Positions 1 to 8,339 of a stretch of 64,000 bases of DNA are shown in pieces. The first letter of the stretch is position 1, and each line of letters begins with the position of its first letter. Origin of the DNA: Rubripirellula sp. (GTDB taxonomy: Bacteria; Planctomycetota; Planctomycetia; Pirellulales; Pirellulaceae). The position numbers were made by a program, and so were the translations under genes. The stretch is from assembly GCA_965216875.1 (NCBI GenBank), contig OZ244207.1:2784001-2848000 (forward strand). Direction: 5' to 3'. The notes below the pieces were generated by a model that was given only the letters and a program-made list of their open reading frames with translations, made no database searches and had not been told where the DNA came from.

Positions 1-1050
1 CGGTTTGACTTCACGAACCCCAAAGCGATCCCGAACGACACGCTGGTCAAAATCGAAAAAGATGTGCTGGCGCTCGTGGAAATGTCGCAGCCAATTCGTT
101 GGGACACCGTTTCACTTGACGATGCTCGCGAAGCTGGCGCCATGATGCTGTTTGGCGAAAAGTACCCCGATCCTTGCCGCATGGTTTCGATGGGCGACTT
201 TAGCCGCGAGCTGTGTGGCGGTACCCATTTGACCAACACGTGCCAGGTCGAATCGTTCGAAGTCTTGGTCGAAGAAAGCGTTTCGACCGGAACGCGACGT
301 ATCGAAGCACTCACCGGTAAGCGCGCCGAGCAACATCGCGAACAAACCAAAGCGTTGCTCGCAAGTGTTTCGGACAAACTTGGGTGCGAACCCAAGTTTG
401 CGGTCGCGACGACCATCGAGCTTGTCAATGAAGTTCGCCAACTCAAGAAAGAGATTGCCTCGGGCAAAGCTGGCGAACATGCCGACACCTTTGCATTCAG
501 TGGCGAAGGCGATTCGACCAACCTGTTGGACTACCAATCAATTCGCTCAGCAGCTCGCGAAATCACGCGCACGTTGAATGTGTCGATCGAGGAAGTGGTC
601 GGACGGCTCGATGCCTTGCTTGGAGATCGCGAGAAGCTTGTCGCGCAACTCAAACAAGCGACCGCCGGCGGCAAATTGTCTGCCGACGACCTGATCGCGG
701 GTGCCGAGTCGGTTGGCGATTCATTGCTCATCGTCGCTGACACCCCTGGCGCCAATCCAAACGTCATGCGTGGTTGGATCGACCAAATCCGCAAGAAGAG
801 CGAAGGCCCCACCGCAGTCCTGCTCGCCGCGGTTCAAGGCGAAAAAGTCCTGTTGGTCGGTGGCCTCAGCAAGGCGCTTGTCGACCGTGGGCTCAAGGCT
901 GGCGACTGGGTCGGCGAAGCGGCGCGTGCAGTCGGCGGCGGTGGCGGTGGACGCCCCGACATGGCCCAAGCCGGCGGCAAAGACCCGAGCAAGCTGCCCG
1001 ACGCACTGGCCGCGGCCAAGGACTCGATGCGAAAGCAACTTGCTGACTAG
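1..1050 (+). CDS. alaS: Alanine--tRNA ligase, C-terminal part (5' end outside window)
   Basis: Frame is open from base 1 (RFDFTNPKAIP...). Editing-domain motifs LFGEKY, SRELCGGTH and GTRRIEALTG; DHHA1 GGGGGRPDMAQAGG. Confidence 0.97.
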   Translation, partial: RFDFTNPKAIPNDTLVKIEKDVLALVEMSQPIRWDTVSLDDAREAGAMMLFGEKYPDPCRMVSMGDFSRELCGGTHLTNTCQVESFEVLVEESVSTGTRRIEALTGKRAEQHREQTKALLASVSDKLGCEPKFAVATTIELVNEVRQLKKEIASGKAGEHADTFAFSGEGDSTNLLDYQSIRSAAREITRTLNVSIEEVVGRLDALLGDREKLVAQLKQATAGGKLSADDLIAGAESVGDSLLIVADTPGANPNVMRGWIDQIRKKSEGPTAVLLAAVQGEKVLLVGGLSKALVDRGLKAGDWVGEAARAVGGGGGGRPDMAQAGGKDPSKLPDALAAAKDSMRKQLAD

Positions 1051-1080
1051 TCACATGAGCGCCGATTAGTCACATGAGCG
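1045..1080. repeat. 19-bp-period tandem duplication of the alaS stop / next start junction
   Basis: GACTAGTCACATGAGCG (1045-1061) and GATTAGTCACATGAGCG (1064-1080). Confidence 0.85.
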
Positions 1081-4000
1081 AAGACGCGGCAGAGAACAAA
1101 ATTGCAACATCCGGCCTCCAAGCATTTGCTTTGGTTGCCGGATGTTTTTTTGTATCGGGTTTCGCAGCCCTGCTTTACGAGACCGTCTGGCTTCGCCAGT
1201 TTGCGATCCTTTTGGGTACGAGCGAACGGGCTCTTGCCGTCGTGCTCGCATCGTACATGGGCGGCTTGGCGATCGGGTCACTCGTGGCAAGTCGCGTCGT
1301 CAACCGAATCACGCGGCCACTGTTGACCTACGGCCTGCTTGAACTTGGTATTGCCGTGACGGCGTTGTTACTCCCATACGGACTCGCCGTCGCCGAGTCG
1401 ATGCAAGTGTCCATTCTCGGAGGCGTCGCGGAGCCACCCGACTCGGGCGGGTGGCTGCAAACGGTCTTCTGTTTCGCCACTGCATTCGGGTTGATCCTGT
1501 TGCCGACGGGAATGATGGGCGCGACGCTACCTCTGCTTGCACGCCATGTCGTCCACAACGATCACGACGTTGGCACGAAGATTGGGTTGCTGTACGCGAT
1601 CAACACCGCTGGCGCCGTCGCCGGAACCCTGGCTGCAGCTTTCGCGCTACTACCAGATTTCGGTCTCAGCGGCACGACTACGATCGGCGCACTCGCCAAC
1701 TTGATCGTTTTCTTGCTCGTTGTCGTCTTGGTCCGAAGTCATGGTGCCGGCTCTGCGCCGCATCCTGCTCCGCCCCCCAAAGACGACACCCGCCCCGTCG
1801 CCAAGAAGTCCACACCACCAAAGAACCGCAGGAAATCAAAAGGCTCGCCGAAATCGGTTTCCAAGGAAAACACGCCTCCAGTCACCAGCACGCCACGTTA
1901 TCAATGGATGCTGTTGTTGATCGCCCTCTCAGGCAGCGTCTCCTTCTGTTACGAGATTGTCTTCACACGGATGCTCGGACACCTGCTCGGGGGCAGTGTC
2001 TATGCGTTTGCAACCATGTTGTCGGGATTCTTGCTTGGTATCTCGTTCGGCGGTGTGGTCGCGTCGCGACTAGCGACGACTCGGTATCGCGCAGCCGTCG
2101 GTTTCGTTTACGCGCAAGCCACTGCAGCCATTTGTACGCTCGTCGCATTTCAAAGCATCAGTTCGATGATGAACCACGACTGGTCTGCGATCGAATCAGG
2201 ACGTCAATTCAAACAAGTCGTTTGGTCGATTGCGATCCTGCTGCCGACGGCATCCTGCATCGGCTTGACATTCCCGTTTGCCATTCGAGCCTACGCAAAG
2301 AATGAGCATGAAGCCGCACGCGGCGCGGCAAAAGTCTACGGATGGAATGTCGTTGGCGGCATTGCGGGGGCCCTGCTGACCGCTGGGATCCTTTTGCAAA
2401 CGCTGCAATACCATGGATCGACAACGCTTTCGGTGGCTCTGAATATCCTGCTTGCAACTTCCGCTGTCGTCGCAATCGGAATCAAACGAATTCACCTTGC
2501 CGGTCCGTGCGCTGCGATCGCCGTGCTTATCGCGATCATCCCAACATCACCCGAAAGTGTGTTGCGAATTTCGTCTCTCACGGGGACGCAAACCGCCGGC
2601 GACATCGTGTTCAACCATGTTGGCAAGTCGGCAACGGTCACCGTGTTCTACGATGCCCAAGGAATCAAATTCCAAACCAACGGCCTTCCCGAGTCGACTC
2701 TGCCGATCATCGGTAGCGGCCAAATCCATCGAAACAACGGCACCTGGCTGTCAGCGTTGCCGCCACTGGTACGTCCCGGTATCGAATCGATGTTGGTCAT
2801 TGGCCTCGGCGGTGGCGTTGCGGTCGAAAGCGTCGCTCCGTCTGTTCAATCCATCGACGTGATGGAGCTTGAACCTGCCGTCATTGATGCCAACCAAACG
2901 ATCGCGCCGTTTCGAGACGCCGATCCGCTCGCAGACGCCCGCGTCAATCTGATCGTTAACGATGGCCGCAACGCATTGTCGCTGACCGACAAAAAGTACG
3001 ACGCGATCGTATCCCAGCCATCTCACCCCTGGACCTCCGGCGCGTCCCACCTCTACACGCGCGAGTTCAATCAACTGGTCCGAGAACACTTGAACCCAGG
3101 CGGCATCTTCCTTCAATGGATGAACACCGATTTCGTCGACTTGGAACTGACCCGTTCGATGGGCGCAACACTGCTTGATGTGTTCCCGCATGTCCGACTG
3201 TACCAGCCCTTTGGTGGAACGTTCATGTTTGTCGCCTCCGATGAACCGATTCGTCCCGAAGCGGTCTCGAACGAAGACGGCGTCCGCCCGAGATGCCAGG
3301 TGATGGAAGTCGATCGAGCCTATTTTCATCGTCTCGGCATCGCCACCCCGACTCACTTGTTCGCGCTGCTAACACTCGATGAGGCCGGCATGCGCCGCGT
3401 TTGCTCGAACGCGACTTTGATCACCGACGAAAAGAATCTATTGGCGATGCGTGCGCCGCAGCTGCTCGGTCGCCATGATGGGCAGAACGTCCAAGCCTCA
3501 CTGGAAAAAGAGTCACCGATCCTACAGAGCGTCGACAACCTGCCTCAGCTATGCCCGTCGCTTGAATTGAGACCCTATTCGATCCAGAAAATCAGCCGTA
3601 GCCCAACCGAGCTGATGCGAACTGCGCTCCCCAAACTGTTTCCAAATCAAAAAATGCCCGCTTTGGTCCAAGCGCAACTTGATCGCGCCGCTGGCGATTC
3701 CGAAGCTTGGACGCAAACCCTTGTCGATGCGATCTCTGAAACTCCCAACGACGCAGACCTTGCATTCGTTCTCCTTGCAAACAAAGCACTTGGACGACAA
3801 TTTCCATTGAATGAGTCGGCGACCTCCCAGCTACGTAACAACCTCACCGAAGCGCACCGCAAGCTTGTCCGCCTGCTCGAAGAAGCCATGCGCGGCGAAC
3901 CGCAGAACGCGCGTTCGGTCGACGACGAACTTGCTGCCGTCGATGTCGACGACGTTGCCTTCGAAATGGCCGTCCGTCTGCGGCTGCCATGGCGACTCGA

Positions 4001-4325
4001 GAGCACGGGCCCAGAGCGGCGAACGCGCGGACTAGAAGTGGTTCAAATCATCGACGATTCAGCAGCGTTCGCCGACTCGGACGGCCTGGCTTTCTTTCGA
4101 GCCTCCGGCGCGCTGCAAGGCGATCAACCTCTCGTCGCCATCGGAACCATCCTGCAACTGATCACTTCGATTGAATCGTCCGCTCCGAATATCGATCGAT
4201 CATCGATTGCGAACTTTGGCCGATGTTACCAGTTGCTTCAGGGCAAAGTACCCTTTGCGAGAGTCGAACGACAGCATCGCGATGCGACCGAGCGAGCAGA
4301 ATCATTGTTGCGACGCCTGCAATAG
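1074..4325 (+). CDS. Fused MFS-like membrane domain / spermidine-synthase-like SAM-binding domain protein
   Basis: About 12-13 hydrophobic helices in two related halves (SGFAALLYETVW; SGSVSFCYEIVF), then LVIGLGGGVA, DVMELEPAV, VNDGRNAL, YDAIVSQPSHPW and LYTREF, then a helical C-terminus. Confidence 0.85.
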   Translation: MSEDAAENKIATSGLQAFALVAGCFFVSGFAALLYETVWLRQFAILLGTSERALAVVLASYMGGLAIGSLVASRVVNRITRPLLTYGLLELGIAVTALLLPYGLAVAESMQVSILGGVAEPPDSGGWLQTVFCFATAFGLILLPTGMMGATLPLLARHVVHNDHDVGTKIGLLYAINTAGAVAGTLAAAFALLPDFGLSGTTTIGALANLIVFLLVVVLVRSHGAGSAPHPAPPPKDDTRPVAKKSTPPKNRRKSKGSPKSVSKENTPPVTSTPRYQWMLLLIALSGSVSFCYEIVFTRMLGHLLGGSVYAFATMLSGFLLGISFGGVVASRLATTRYRAAVGFVYAQATAAICTLVAFQSISSMMNHDWSAIESGRQFKQVVWSIAILLPTASCIGLTFPFAIRAYAKNEHEAARGAAKVYGWNVVGGIAGALLTAGILLQTLQYHGSTTLSVALNILLATSAVVAIGIKRIHLAGPCAAIAVLIAIIPTSPESVLRISSLTGTQTAGDIVFNHVGKSATVTVFYDAQGIKFQTNGLPESTLPIIGSGQIHRNNGTWLSALPPLVRPGIESMLVIGLGGGVAVESVAPSVQSIDVMELEPAVIDANQTIAPFRDADPLADARVNLIVNDGRNALSLTDKKYDAIVSQPSHPWTSGASHLYTREFNQLVREHLNPGGIFLQWMNTDFVDLELTRSMGATLLDVFPHVRLYQPFGGTFMFVASDEPIRPEAVSNEDGVRPRCQVMEVDRAYFHRLGIATPTHLFALLTLDEAGMRRVCSNATLITDEKNLLAMRAPQLLGRHDGQNVQASLEKESPILQSVDNLPQLCPSLELRPYSIQKISRSPTELMRTALPKLFPNQKMPALVQAQLDRAAGDSEAWTQTLVDAISETPNDADLAFVLLANKALGRQFPLNESATSQLRNNLTEAHRKLVRLLEEAMRGEPQNARSVDDELAAVDVDDVAFEMAVRLRLPWRLESTGPERRTRGLEVVQIIDDSAAFADSDGLAFFRASGALQGDQPLVAIGTILQLITSIESSAPNIDRSSIANFGRCYQLLQGKVPFARVERQHRDATERAESLLRRLQ

Positions 4326-4417
4326 TCGCTGAGAGAGTGTGTTTTTTTGGAATCGAGCTTTGATCCAGGAAGCATTACATTTTCGAACGCTACTTTCGCG
4401 GAGCGAAAGGCGACTAT
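4322..4417. repeat. REP-like element, GTCGCCTTTCGCTCCGCGAAAG family (left arm degenerate)
   Basis: CTTTCGCGGAGCGAAAGGCGAC at 4393-4414 is the reverse complement of 42478-42499. Terminal ATAGTCGC (4322-4329) pairs with GCGACTAT (4410-4417). Confidence 0.7.
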
Positions 4418-4441
4418 CAAACAATCACAACCTACGACGGA

Positions 4442-4783
4442 CTATTCGTTCTTCATCACGATCGTTCCGGCCAAACCGCCGATCACGGCCAAACCACCAA
4501 TGACCAGCATTCCCAAGCCACCAATCGAAAAGCTGTCGTACTGAATCGCGTTGTAGCAACGCCAACCACCCACCGCCGCCAACAACAGCCCACCCAAAGC
4601 AATCAGAGGCCCTTGGACCTGGGCCATGATGTTGTCGCGATCTCGGCGAGCGTGCGCTTCCAACGGGTCGATTCCCGATTTTTGATACGCACGCTGCATG
4701 AGGTCATCCGGTCCAGACGGCTCACGAGAACCACCCTGAGCCGCTTCCAACGCTTGACGTTCGGAATCAGAAAGCCCGTCCAT
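4442..4783 (-). CDS. Small hypothetical membrane protein (two C-terminal TM helices)
   Basis: 113-aa ORF filling an intergenic gap, with two Gly-rich hydrophobic segments. Confidence 0.7.
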   Translation of the reverse strand: MDGLSDSERQALEAAQGGSREPSGPDDLMQRAYQKSGIDPLEAHARRDRDNIMAQVQGPLIALGGLLLAAVGGWRCYNAIQYDSFSIGGLGMLVIGGLAVIGGLAGTIVMKNE

Positions 4784-4876
4784 TGTTGTCCCCGTTTAGG
4801 TTGAGCATTCGCGTTCAATGGCTCAATCGTAGCGGTTGGTTGTGGGCATGGCAATTTTTGCTGTTTGATCCGCTCC

Positions 4877-5003
4877 GTGAGCCGTACGTAGCTACCTTCG
4901 CCAGAAGGTGGTTCCCAATGGGCAGACCGCGACCCGCGATCACCACGCTCTGGCGAGCGTAGCTACGTAGGTGTAAGGCCCGACGCCAGCGCGTTCGGCT
5001 CAC
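4877..5003. repeat. Composite REP-like element: family A (CGTAGCTAC) hairpin nested in family B (GTGAGCCG...CGGCTCAC)
   Basis: A arms CGTAGCTACCTTCGCCAGAAGGTGG (4887-4911) and CCACGCTCTGGCGAGCGTAGCTACG (4943-4967). B arms at 4877-4888 (truncated) and 4976-5003. Confidence 0.9.
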
Positions 5004-5042
5004 ATAGCCTATTCAATGCCCGGCCGGCTCATGTGTTGGAGA

Positions 5043-5699
5043 TCAGGGCAGTTTGCGGACAACGATATCGTCGAACTCATTCAAATCATCGAACGAACCA
5101 ATGCCGACGCGACCTTTGCCAAAGTGCTTGTCGGAAACTTCCATGTGGGGCGTTTTCAAATCATCGAAATAGATTTTGATCGATCCCGAATCGACATTCC
5201 TTGCCACGCGAACCGTGTGCCATTGGTCGTCCCACGGAGTCAGCTTGGTGTTCTCGGTCATCGCTTTTCGCGGCGCCTCGTTGACGATCATGATCTGGCC
5301 GCTGTGCGGATCTGGCTTGGCACCCAAGTGGACGTAATAAAAGTGCTGGTCGTCCTGGTAACCAAAGAAAACACAACAATCACGGTGGTTGCCGGTGTCC
5401 TTGGTGCTGCGAACACGAAACGTGATATCAAAGTTCCCAACTTCCAAGTCCTTGATCAACGCAACGTGGCCAGGGCTTCGAACGGGCGGTTTGTAGTCGC
5501 TCTTGCGCGCTGTGATCTCGAAGGTTTTGGTCCCGCTGGATTCGCTATCGGAAAGTTTCCACGTTCCCGGATCGAGAACCTGCCAACGATCGATGCCCGA
5601 TTCAAAATCCTCTTCGAAAACAACGATCGGCTCATCAGCATTCGATTGGACAGCAACGGCAACGACAAACAACGTCGCAAACATCAAAGGTCGGATCAT
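5043..5699 (-). CDS. Secreted concanavalin A-like beta-sandwich protein (DUF1080-like)
   Basis: Signal peptide MIRPLMFATLFVVAVAVQSNA; FEEDFE, WHTVRVAR and GRVGIGSFDD...FDDIVV pattern. ATG 5699 preferred over TTG 5711. Confidence 0.7.
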   Translation of the reverse strand: MIRPLMFATLFVVAVAVQSNADEPIVVFEEDFESGIDRWQVLDPGTWKLSDSESSGTKTFEITARKSDYKPPVRSPGHVALIKDLEVGNFDITFRVRSTKDTGNHRDCCVFFGYQDDQHFYYVHLGAKPDPHSGQIMIVNEAPRKAMTENTKLTPWDDQWHTVRVARNVDSGSIKIYFDDLKTPHMEVSDKHFGKGRVGIGSFDDLNEFDDIVVRKLP

Positions 5700-5749
5700 C
5701 AACAAGCTCAAGATTTTGGAGTGTGGACGGGGCTGGTTCGAAAAGTGTG

Positions 5750-7234
5750 CTATTTGCGACGACGTCGTTTCTTCTGGGCGGCCGCTGTCGCAGCCTTCGC
5801 TTCGGCGTCGGCATCATACTTGGGATTCGGCGTTGTTGGCACTGGCGCGCCGGTTGTCCTGCGCCATTGTTTCAGCATCTCATGGAGTTCATTTGCTTTT
5901 TCGGGCATTTGCTTCGCAAGGTTGTTCGCCTCGCCGATGTCGCTCTCGAGGTCGTACAACTCGAGACCGCCATCTTCAAAGTACTCGTGCAACTTCCATT
6001 TCCCGTGGCGAACGATGCTGCACGGTCGACTGCGGAACAGCGGATCTCGCTGTTCATTGATTCGTTGGTAACTCTGCAGGTAAGCGGGAAAATGCCAAAA
6101 CAGTGCGCGGTCCCCAAGCGAATGCGTCTTGCCCTGCAATAACTCGACAAGACTCACGCCATCGACCGGCTGATCAGGAAGCGGCGCCCCGACCATCTCA
6201 CAAAATGTTGGCAACAGATCGACGTTCGATATCGGCTCGCTACACGTCTGCTCGGGCTTCACAACGCCGGGCCAAACAACAAAAAACGGTTCGCGGATAC
6301 CGCCTTCGTAATAAGTTCCTTTGTACCCCTTCAAGGGAGCCATCGAAGTAGCCGGCCCGTAACCGCCATTGTCCGATGTAAAGACGATGGCCGTATTATC
6401 ACGGAGCCCAAGTTGATCGAGCGTTTCGACGAGGCGTCCCACTCCTTCGTCGACGCTTTGGATCATCGCAGCCATCACGGCCGAATCATGCAACTGGCCC
6501 GGTTCTTTTTGTTGGTACTTCTTCTCGATCGTGGCCTTCGCCTGCAGCGGAGTGTGGACAGCGAAGTGTGTTAGGTACAAGAACCACGGTTCCGACTTCG
6601 AACGCTCGATGAAACCAATCGCTTCGTCAGTCAACCGATCGGTCAAGTATTCATCTTTGGGCGCATCCGCCAAACCGGGTGCTTTGGGATGTGGCGGGAA
6701 ATAACCCCGCGGCGGGCTACCACTGTGTGTGCCCGCAAAGTTGAAATCGAAACCGTATGGCAGCGGGTCATCACTGAGGTGCCACTTACCAATCGTTGCC
6801 GTACGATAGCCGGCGTCTTTGACGCAATGAGCAAACGTGCGGATATCGGTCGGCAAAACATCCGTGCCAGGAACGTGCATCAGCTTGCCAAACTTTGGAT
6901 TCCCGCGCCGGCTTGTACCCACGTTGTAGATTTCATGACGCGGCGTGTATTGCCCCGACAGCAAGCAGGCTCGTGAGGGCGCACAATTGGCCGCCGCTGC
7001 ATAAGCATTGGTAAAGACCATTCCCTCGGCTGCGAGGCGATCAAGGTTGGGAGTCTCGTAGTAGTCGCTTCCCATGAAACCACAGTCACGCCAACCATAG
7101 TCGTCGAGAAAGATGAACAGGATATTGGGACGCGACTCTGCATTCGCTTCGTGAACGTCGCTAGAAACAACAAGAGCAACTGTTACGCAGAGGGTCGCGC
7201 AAAGACGAAAGAACTGGGGCACAGAGGACTCCAT
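5750..7234 (-). CDS. Arylsulfatase-family sulfatase
   Basis: Signal peptide, PNILFIFLDD, formylglycine motif CAPSRACLLSG, GKWHL, SDNGG, YEGGIREP, ELYDLESDIGE. Confidence 0.95.
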   Translation of the reverse strand: MESSVPQFFRLCATLCVTVALVVSSDVHEANAESRPNILFIFLDDYGWRDCGFMGSDYYETPNLDRLAAEGMVFTNAYAAAANCAPSRACLLSGQYTPRHEIYNVGTSRRGNPKFGKLMHVPGTDVLPTDIRTFAHCVKDAGYRTATIGKWHLSDDPLPYGFDFNFAGTHSGSPPRGYFPPHPKAPGLADAPKDEYLTDRLTDEAIGFIERSKSEPWFLYLTHFAVHTPLQAKATIEKKYQQKEPGQLHDSAVMAAMIQSVDEGVGRLVETLDQLGLRDNTAIVFTSDNGGYGPATSMAPLKGYKGTYYEGGIREPFFVVWPGVVKPEQTCSEPISNVDLLPTFCEMVGAPLPDQPVDGVSLVELLQGKTHSLGDRALFWHFPAYLQSYQRINEQRDPLFRSRPCSIVRHGKWKLHEYFEDGGLELYDLESDIGEANNLAKQMPEKANELHEMLKQWRRTTGAPVPTTPNPKYDADAEAKAATAAAQKKRRRRK

Positions 7235-7570
7235 CGATCAAAGATGAGGATCCGTCGAAGGTGGGATCGCAGGGGTGGTGGCTTTGAGGGTTACAAAAGG
7301 TTACTCAAACCCCAGCTCGTGTGAAACTCTTCACCGCGCCGATCGTCGTATCAGTGATGACGCTGCCTCTCGGGCGCGCGTTCACAAACACCACACCAAG
7401 CGGCCGTTTTTGCAACTTTGGGATGACTGCAGCCTCTCAGAAAAAATGGGGACGTAGCGGATGTTGGTGCGACTTTTCCATTTTGAAGACCGCCGGTCGA
7501 GCTCAAGCGGTAATGCGTCGAAGGAGTTTGCGGGGCAATCCTTTCGCATCATCCCTGAACGAATTTCCTG

Positions 7571-8308
7571 ATGATTCATCACGCACGCAATTGTTTCTTT
7601 CTGACGATGGCCGCCACGCTGATGACCGGCTGTGCCTCAACGACCACTTCCAACACGGCCCGCACCGGCACCGAGCAAATGTTGCTCTCGGCCGCAATCG
7701 ATCGCGCGATGTCGAACGTACAATTCGGTGACTTGGCTGGATATTCAGTCTTTGTCGACGACAAGTATCTCGATTCGGTCGACAAAGGCTATTTGGTCGG
7801 ATCGCTGCGCCACCGGATCTTGCAAGCTGGCGGCCGCCTCGCTCCAGCCGCCGACCAAGCTGACTTGGTCATGGAACCTCGCAGTGGTGGCGTCGGAACG
7901 GACAACCAAGAGAGCTTCGTCGGAATTCCTGCGATCGGTATTCCTGGACTGCCGATCGAACTGCCAGAGGTGAAGCTCATCACGCGGTCGACTCAAATGG
8001 GCACTGCGAAACTGGGACTCGTTTGCTACGACCCCAAAACGGGTCAAGCGGTCGGCGACGGTGGCGGATCCACCGCCCTCACTCACAACAACGACACGTT
8101 CGTTCTTGGTGTCGGTCCCTTCCGAAGCGGCTCTGTTCTCGAACAACGTGAGCGGGCTGTTGGATTTGACGGCAACGGCGGAACCTTGATCGGTTCAACG
8201 ATCGCCAAGAAACGTGCACAACCCGTTCGAATGGTGAACGAGAGCCACCTGCGAGGCTATTCTTCGCCACCGCAAATCGCCGAAGTTCCCGACACGATGA
8301 CGAAGTAG
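7571..8308 (+). CDS. Putative lipoprotein (DUF6655-like)
   Basis: Lipobox LMTGC followed by TARTGTEQMLLSAAIDRA. Family name is from recall. Confidence 0.7.
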   Translation: MIHHARNCFFLTMAATLMTGCASTTTSNTARTGTEQMLLSAAIDRAMSNVQFGDLAGYSVFVDDKYLDSVDKGYLVGSLRHRILQAGGRLAPAADQADLVMEPRSGGVGTDNQESFVGIPAIGIPGLPIELPEVKLITRSTQMGTAKLGLVCYDPKTGQAVGDGGGSTALTHNNDTFVLGVGPFRSGSVLEQRERAVGFDGNGGTLIGSTIAKKRAQPVRMVNESHLRGYSSPPQIAEVPDTMTK

Positions 8309-8339
8309 TGTTCTTGGTGCGAGGCTGAGAACCATCGAT

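Noticed and set aside
5016..6071. 351-aa plus-strand ORF
   Set aside because: Antisense shadow of the sulfatase and ConA-like genes, with no recognisable motifs.
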